Source: a virus (Duplodnaviria > Caudoviricetes). Taken from it: 28,667 bases of DNA. The stretch covers positions 1 to 28,667 of the IMG/VR virus record IMGVR_UViG_3300037991_000421; one strand, written 5' to 3'. The first letter of the stretch is position 1; every line of letters begins with the position of its first letter. This document shows positions 22,426 to 28,667 of the stretch, piece after piece. The notes beneath the pieces were generated by a model. The model saw only the letters and a list, made by a program, of their open reading frames with translations, made no database searches and was not told where the DNA came from. The position numbers were made by a program, and so were the translations under genes.

Positions 22426-25400
22426 TTATTCTAGACCTAAAGCTTTTCTTTGCTTAATGTTCTTACCAATGTTAAGTGGATCTTTAGTTAATCTTACATC
22501 ACTATAGGTAGCTTCTAATGCTTGTTGCATTAGTGCGTTTAAGTCAGGGAATATCATATCAGATATGTCTTGCTTGTTATTCCATTTGAATAACTCTCTG
22601 GTTATATCATTTAATTCTTGTTGGCCTTTTAAAACCATTTTACTATTACCTATTTGATTACCTACGAATATATCTCTGTATGCATTTGTAATTTGCGCAT
22701 TAACTTTTTGTCTTTTACTTTGATTTCTTGTAGCATTTTTTCTTTCTTGATATAATGCTTCTCTCGCTCTTTTATTTCTAGCAGAACCAAAACCTATACT
22801 CTGTAATATAGTTTCCATAGCACTAGCATCAGTGCTTAGTACACTACCATAATTAGTTTCAGTAAATCCTTTACCCAAACTTTGATCATATGCTTTGTAC
22901 ATGTTACGTATAAATAAAGGTGATGATCTAAATGCTACATCTAATAATCCTTCGCCTTCTCTCATAGCTTGTGCACCTTCTCTTATTGATGTAATAAATA
23001 CAGAACCAGGTGCCCCCGCAAAATCTGCCGCATTTCCGCCAGGCGTTAGTCCTAGCAGTGCCGCAATTGCTCTTATTTGTTGTGATCCTGGTACATTACC
23101 AAGTGACAATCTTCTTTGTACATCTATATTTAATCCAGCTTCTATTACACCGTTCTCCATAGCATTAATTAATCCTGGCCCAAAGCCTGCTTCATACAAC
23201 ATTTCCCTCATAGCCGCTCTCATGTCTGTCTTAAGTCCCGTTCCTACGATAGGTGCCTTTTCAATCAGCCAGTTAGCTAACTCTTCTGCATCATCAGATC
23301 CTGGTAATCCAAAGAGACCGCCTGTTAGACCTAACATAACCATCATTCTAGCAAATACTTTTCTTCCTGCAGTTTTAGAACCAGGAGTTTTACCACCTGT
23401 TAATAATCTAAACATTAATGCAAACATCTGTCCAATATAAGTTTGGAATAATGCAGGCACAGCAAAAGCACCACGCATAATTTGTGGTCTATTTAGTTTA
23501 CCATACACACCAAACGTATCATCAATCATAGTTCGTGCAATTATTTGAGGGCTAATGATGCCACCATTGTCATTAATCATACCTTGTACTAGGTTATCGC
23601 CGTTATATATTTTATAAAATTCTTCTACAACTTTAGGATCTTGTCCCATTCTATAAGCTGCTATGTATGCAGTTAAACGAGAGATTGCTTCCATTGTATT
23701 GAATGGCCCGCCAATTACTTGTGTTTCAAAGTTACGGAATGCTGTGTCTCTATCAAATCCTGAACGTCCGGGTACTTGTCCTGTTTCTTGCAGTGCTTGA
23801 CCTTGTCTAATATAATTAGGCATGTCTTCTTCTATTGCAGCTTTAACATCTTCAGGGACTTTAGTCCAATCTATAAATACATCGCCGTGTTGATTGTTAG
23901 TGTAAGAAAACATAGCTGTTGCTTCTTTAAATGCAATACCTAATTCTTTTGTAGCTCTTATACTTCCCCCCATCTGTGAAAGCATAGGTCCTGTAAATTG
24001 TACGTTAGACATTATCTGCAAGAATGCAGATGATAAGTTGCCCCCAAGATACCACCAAAATCCTAGTCGTCTTAGTTGTGCAAACTCTTGATATGGGTCT
24101 TGGCTATAGTTCCACCACTTATCAAAACCAATTTTTAATTGTTTGTATTTAATTGGGTCAGTAGCAATAGCATCTTCTAATACTTTCTTTCTCTCATCTG
24201 CTTCATTCATAAACCTACTACGCGCCGCATATCTAGAACCTAAAAAACCAAACTGACTTGCAGCTCTACCAAAATCAGGATTGTATCCTGGTACACCACC
24301 TACTCTTTGACGTGGTTGCATGAATTGATCAAAGCCAATTATATTTTTATTGTTTTTAATTAATTCTCTAAGTTCCCCTTCTAGTTCTGCAAACACTTCT
24401 TGTTTAGGATTACTTAAGTATTGAGCAACATCTAGCATATCAATAGAACCTTTTTCTAACTTCTCTTTAATATTAAGTTGACTTATTTCTTGTACGTTTC
24501 TAACTTCTACGCCAGTGTCTTCTCTCCAATCACTAATAAATTTAATTCTTGCAGCGTCTGCTTCTTTCTTAGTTTCAAAATGTTCACGTCTAATTAAGTA
24601 AGCAGGATTTAATTTAACAAACTTACCTTTAACTTTCATAGCCCCTTGCTCTGTTGCCGTTGCGTCTAAGTATTGAGGTTCATTATTATTAACTATAGTT
24701 ACTACATAATCACCAAATCTAGATAAAGGTGCATAGTCACTTTGTTTAAACTCTTCAAACTTTGTCATCTGACTATGTAGTTTAATTAACCCTAGGTCTG
24801 CTGTGGCTTTTGGTTGCTCAGCTATAGGGTCAACACCTAATATACTTTGTATTTCTTTTATAGCACTAGGAGTTAAAGCAGATCTATCTACAAACTCTGC
24901 ATCTCTATTCTCTAAGATTCTTCTAAGTGCACTAATAATGCCAGTCATTTGTTGATACGTTATATTTTCTAACTCTTCATCAGTATTTAAATTTGACAAG
25001 TCAGGCATGTATACACTAGATAAAGCTTTACCTTCATGAAACTTTAATGTTTCTACTGCACTTTTAAGTTGTTCCAAATAACCACCAGCTATCATTCCTT
25101 TTATTTGTTCTTTAGCTAAAAATGTTTCTGCTACTTGATACTCAACATATGCTTGTGCTAAATCTCCTTCTAATATAATTAACTCACCAGCTGTCATTGG
25201 CAAACCTGTAGGACTATTTCTTGAATCAAAATCCATTGGCATTCTAAATATAATTCTACCATCTTGGTCAGGTCTAAATGTTCTGTTAGGGTAGTATTGT
25301 GATATAACTTGTGCTCTATATAATGCTTCACGCATAGCAGGATCTTCTATCATCTTACTATATCTAAATAAAATATTTTGATAAGTGTTCTGTATTTGTT

Positions 25401-28400
25401 TAGCTTTAGTATTCATATTCTCAATACTACGCCATACTCTTTCAAACAGCGGATTATCTTTAGCCCATGTTCTAACAAAGCCAGCGATACGATGCATCAA
25501 ACTCATCTTAGGCATATCCATAGTGGTATTATCTTTACTATAAGTTTTTTTATTTTCCTCCATAGCTTTACCCATTTTAGCATTGAGTGCTCTCTTCTGC
25601 TGTCTGTTCATAGGAATATATTCATCCATAGGTTTTTCACCTGGCACAGGTTGATATTGATTTGCCGCCATCATGTTAGGTTGACGTATACCATATGCAC
25701 CGTCATTAAATACAGATTTAAATTGTTGTGGTTTAAATATAATGTATGAATCAGTAGGTGGTTCTTCAATCATTAACATGATTTCTTCCACAGTAGGTTC
25801 TTTAACTGTCGGGTCAATAACACCTGTCGCTTGTGCTGCTGCGTAAGCTACAGCTTTTCTACGTATAGACTTGTGTTTGTATTCTCCTTCGTTTAAGTAT
25901 ACTACACCATCATAACCTTTCTTTTGTATAAGTTCTTTTATTTCTTGGAAGCTTTCATCAAGGCCAGTGTATAAACCCATCTGCCTTAACTGTTCTACTT
26001 GTGATTCATTTTCAGTTTCAAACTTTTCTATTCTATCCATAGCTTTATTAAATTCATTTTCTGTAATGATATTTTTTCTACGTAGATAACCTAATACTGT
26101 AGCAGGATCCCATGTACCAAAGTCAGGTAAACGTAAAGGATTTTTTATATTAGCAAAACCTCTGAATACATAGTAGTCAGATAGTTGTGCCCCCTTATTC
26201 TTAACTAGTGTATCTATTACTGATTGGTCTGGTGTAAAGTGAAAACCAAAATCATTTGTTCTTTCCATATCAAATACTTCGAACGGCGTTCTCTCTGTCA
26301 TTTGTCTAGTATCTAATGTCGCATGCATTACAATCAAGGGGGCACCCTTGTCATCTACTACTTGACTTAGTCTGCCACCACTGTTGAACCATTTAAAGAA
26401 CTGTGCTGTGTTTGTTATTGTAGGTTGTTGTGTAAATAATGCACGAGTACGCGGGGAGAACCCAGAAATTTCCTCACCACTCCATTTGTTTGTAACTATT
26501 ATATCCTTTGCATTGTCACCTGTTAAATATATTTCTGATTCACGTTGCATACTGTCATAACGAGCGCCTACCAAACCAAGATCAATTGCGTTAAATATTG
26601 CAGCTGATGTATCAAATCTGTTTCCTGTCAATGCATTACCTAATGCAATTAAATATTGTTTTAATCTATTAAATGCTCTAGCTATAAAACTCCCAGTTTG
26701 GTATCTACCTGTCATGTAGTCAGCAAATGCGTCAGATATAGCTTCTTCTACTTGTTCATTATAACTTAATTCAGGATGTCTTTCTTTTATTTTATATTGT
26801 TTTATCCATCTATTTTCAGCTGCTCTTGTTAAATCATACCATTCATTTCTTGTAAAGAATCCTTCATTTCTAAGTAAGTGCATTACCTCATGATGTAATA
26901 CATAGTTAAGTGAGTCAGTTCTGTTTAAGTTAGGTCTAAGTTCTGGTATTGCATTGTATGCTACTTCTACACCACGTGACCCTAGTATATATTTACCAGC
27001 AAGTGCAACACCATCTGATTCTAAGAATGGTTTTAAATCTACACGTATGTCTAGATTCATTTTATTTATGATGTCTTTTAAAACTTGATAAACTTTAGGG
27101 GCATTGTCAGCAAAGTCATTTGTTATTCTAGGTTGGTTATAATTTTTTGCCCATAGTTCATACTTACGTTGATAACTATTTTCTTGTTCAAAAGAAAAGT
27201 TTCTAGCTTTCTTTGCTATTCTTCCTAGTCTTGGATCTCTTGTTGTAATACTATTCCACTCGGTAGATATAGTTGGCTCTTCATTAAACGTAGCAAGTGT
27301 TTCATTAAATTCTATTCTAGCTTTATCGATGTTATTAATATGAGTTTCATACATAACAATTTGTTCAGTAACTGCTTCTGTCTGTGGGCCTTGTTTTAAT
27401 TTAGCTATTTCTTTTTCTGACGCTGATCTAGAAGCGGGGCTATATGCTCCAATAATTCTGCCTCTATCCATAATAATATGAGATCGTCTATCAATTCTGT
27501 CAATTTGTTTTTGTATAGCGTCGGCTTTTCTAAAATTATTATTAAATAACTCTGCACGCTTTTGTCTTTTTAATTGTGTCTTTAAAGTTTTTTCTTCAGC
27601 AGTAATCCACTTCCAACCTCTGTTATCTAATAGATGTAATAACTCTCTTAATCTTCTTATTCTTTCTCCAACTGGTTTATCATAAATGCCTTCACCTAAT
27701 TCAGATACTCTTTCAGCTGCAGTTAGTGGTTCAACTATGGTAGAACCAGTTTTTACTTTTTCAGTACGTTCTCTTGTACCTTTTGTTTCATCTTCAAATC
27801 TAATATTATCATTTAATATTTTGTCTAATCTTTTTCTACCTTCAGTCTTAGCACTTCTACCAACTATTTTTGTATTGTTTTTTAAATCTTCAATATATTG
27901 CTGACCAAACGGGCCTCTAAATCCTAATTCATTTAACTTATCATATTCACTATCAGATATATAGTTTGTATTATCTTGTGCTAATGATTGTATTTGTCTA
28001 TATCTTTCTTGAGGCCAAGCTCTTTGTTCTACAGCAGATCTTAAATCTGCGTTATCAACGTCATTAAATTGTGAATACGCACCATCAACTTCACCTTCAT
28101 TCTCTAATGCTTCTTCTACTGTAAGTTCTTTACCATCTTTGTAGTTATCATCTTCGTAGAACATTTGGAATCGTTCTTGTCTAGGATTTTTATTTTGTTG
28201 CCATAAACTATATTCTTGTCTAATTATATTTTGCTGTTCTCTTTGAGCTGTTATATCATTTACAGTATCATTTATGTATTGTTCTTTTTGTTCAGAAAAG
28301 TTTTCATCAAAGTTTTTATCTGTATCTTTATCTACCCATCCTCTTCGTTTTAATTCTTTTTTATTTAATGCGCTAGCTTCTTGTACTTCTTTTGAATCTA

Positions 28401-28667
28401 AGTCTACGTCATCTGCAGTATCTTGATTGTAAATAAATCCTGCACTATTATTAAACTTGTTTTGATTTATAGTACCATCATTAATTTTTAATATTGATTT
28501 AGCTCTAGCTTTTGGAACAAATAAATCACCTTGCCCACTTACACCTTCTAATAAAACAAACTGTTCTCCATTAACTGTAGTATCCCCTGCAATTACAAAG
28601 ATAGGAAATGCGGAATTGTTTGGGTCATCCTGATTAAAACTTTCACCTGTAGGTTGTGCTTGTGGCC
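22426..28667 (-). CDS. giant polyvalent virion/ejection protein (5'-truncated): zincin peptidase, ART-like domain, PLxRFG domain
   Basis: The frame has no stop between 28164 and the window end, so the start is outside. HHEVMH...EEAISDAF; PLIVMHAT/FGFHFT/NIKNPL/GYDGVVY/IIFKPQQFKS; YAPLSRFGDY. Confidence 0.85.
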   Translation of the reverse strand, partial: PQAQPTGESFNQDDPNNSAFPIFVIAGDTTVNGEQFVLLEGVSGQGDLFVPKARAKSILKINDGTINQNKFNNSAGFIYNQDTADDVDLDSKEVQEASALNKKELKRRGWVDKDTDKNFDENFSEQKEQYINDTVNDITAQREQQNIIRQEYSLWQQNKNPRQERFQMFYEDDNYKDGKELTVEEALENEGEVDGAYSQFNDVDNADLRSAVEQRAWPQERYRQIQSLAQDNTNYISDSEYDKLNELGFRGPFGQQYIEDLKNNTKIVGRSAKTEGRKRLDKILNDNIRFEDETKGTRERTEKVKTGSTIVEPLTAAERVSELGEGIYDKPVGERIRRLRELLHLLDNRGWKWITAEEKTLKTQLKRQKRAELFNNNFRKADAIQKQIDRIDRRSHIIMDRGRIIGAYSPASRSASEKEIAKLKQGPQTEAVTEQIVMYETHINNIDKARIEFNETLATFNEEPTISTEWNSITTRDPRLGRIAKKARNFSFEQENSYQRKYELWAKNYNQPRITNDFADNAPKVYQVLKDIINKMNLDIRVDLKPFLESDGVALAGKYILGSRGVEVAYNAIPELRPNLNRTDSLNYVLHHEVMHLLRNEGFFTRNEWYDLTRAAENRWIKQYKIKERHPELSYNEQVEEAISDAFADYMTGRYQTGSFIARAFNRLKQYLIALGNALTGNRFDTSAAIFNAIDLGLVGARYDSMQRESEIYLTGDNAKDIIVTNKWSGEEISGFSPRTRALFTQQPTITNTAQFFKWFNSGGRLSQVVDDKGAPLIVMHATLDTRQMTERTPFEVFDMERTNDFGFHFTPDQSVIDTLVKNKGAQLSDYYVFRGFANIKNPLRLPDFGTWDPATVLGYLRRKNIITENEFNKAMDRIEKFETENESQVEQLRQMGLYTGLDESFQEIKELIQKKGYDGVVYLNEGEYKHKSIRRKAVAYAAAQATGVIDPTVKEPTVEEIMLMIEEPPTDSYIIFKPQQFKSVFNDGAYGIRQPNMMAANQYQPVPGEKPMDEYIPMNRQQKRALNAKMGKAMEENKKTYSKDNTTMDMPKMSLMHRIAGFVRTWAKDNPLFERVWRSIENMNTKAKQIQNTYQNILFRYSKMIEDPAMREALYRAQVISQYYPNRTFRPDQDGRIIFRMPMDFDSRNSPTGLPMTAGELIILEGDLAQAYVEYQVAETFLAKEQIKGMIAGGYLEQLKSAVETLKFHEGKALSSVYMPDLSNLNTDEELENITYQQMTGIISALRRILENRDAEFVDRSALTPSAIKEIQSILGVDPIAEQPKATADLGLIKLHSQMTKFEEFKQSDYAPLSRFGDYVVTIVNNNEPQYLDATATEQGAMKVKGKFVKLNPAYLIRREHFETKKEADAARIKFISDWREDTGVEVRNVQEISQLNIKEKLEKGSIDMLDVAQYLSNPKQEVFAELEGELRELIKNNKNIIGFDQFMQPRQRVGGVPGYNPDFGRAASQFGFLGSRYAARSRFMNEADERKKVLEDAIATDPIKYKQLKIGFDKWWNYSQDPYQEFAQLRRLGFWWYLGGNLSSAFLQIMSNVQFTGPMLSQMGGSIRATKELGIAFKEATAMFSYTNNQHGDVFIDWTKVPEDVKAAIEEDMPNYIRQGQALQETGQVPGRSGFDRDTAFRNFETQVIGGPFNTMEAISRLTAYIAAYRMGQDPKVVEEFYKIYNGDNLVQGMINDNGGIISPQIIARTMIDDTFGVYGKLNRPQIMRGAFAVPALFQTYIGQMFALMFRLLTGGKTPGSKTAGRKVFARMMVMLGLTGGLFGLPGSDDAEELANWLIEKAPIVGTGLKTDMRAAMREMLYEAGFGPGLINAMENGVIEAGLNIDVQRRLSLGNVPGSQQIRAIAALLGLTPGGNAADFAGAPGSVFITSIREGAQAMREGEGLLDVAFRSSPLFIRNMYKAYDQSLGKGFTETNYGSVLSTDASAMETILQSIGFGSARNKRAREALYQERKNATRNQSKRQKVNAQITNAYRDIFVGNQIGNSKMVLKGQQELNDITRELFKWNNKQDISDMIFPDLNALMQQALEATYSDVRLTKDPLNIGKNIKQRKALGLE

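Larger units (their letters stand above)
2872..26345. repeat. dispersed short repeat (AA)GGGGGCA(C), 18 copies
   Basis: GGGGGCA at 2874, 4298, 4934, 6440, 7452, 9793, 12448, 15114, 17899, 18511, 26338; TGCCCCC at 7330, 11557, 15636, 20542, 23011, 24039, 26188. Confidence 0.8.

Noticed and set aside
22895-27904. Plus-strand ORFs 22895-23440, 25378-25749 and 27686-27904
   Set aside because: They are antisense shadows of the giant gene.

Overview
AT-rich dsDNA tailed-phage genome segment, probably podovirus-like and from an aquatic host (inference). It has no rRNA, tRNA, CRISPR array or integrase. The + strand (1-22425) carries, in order: an early region with an amidoligase, a class II glutamine amidotransferase, a gamma-glutamyl cyclotransferase and many small ORFs; a recombination/replication module (Fe-S PD-(D/E)XK nuclease, Sak4-like ATPase, SSB-like protein, a split family A polymerase with an N-terminal UDG-like domain, a DUF3987-like ATPase); class I RNR genes interrupted by a C5 methyltransferase; glutaredoxin; an HTH-metallophosphoesterase; and a lysis-like region. 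The - strand carries the 3' part (>2,000 codons, open to the window edge) of a giant polyvalent virion/ejection protein with zincin, ART-like and PLxRFG regions. The most notable signals are: (1) a dispersed motif (AA)GGGGGCA(C), 18 copies by hand count, one displayed between two hairpins of a candidate sRNA; (2) a two-polypeptide C5-MTase whose TRD-like modules and motif IX lie in a nested +1 frame with its own RBS; (3) an uncalled 33-aa metallothionein-like ORF; (4) a PolA split inside its proofreading domain; (5) a ~200-nt multi-branched intergenic structure; (6) no GATC in the first 7.9 kb. All calls come from motif reading by eye; no database search was run.
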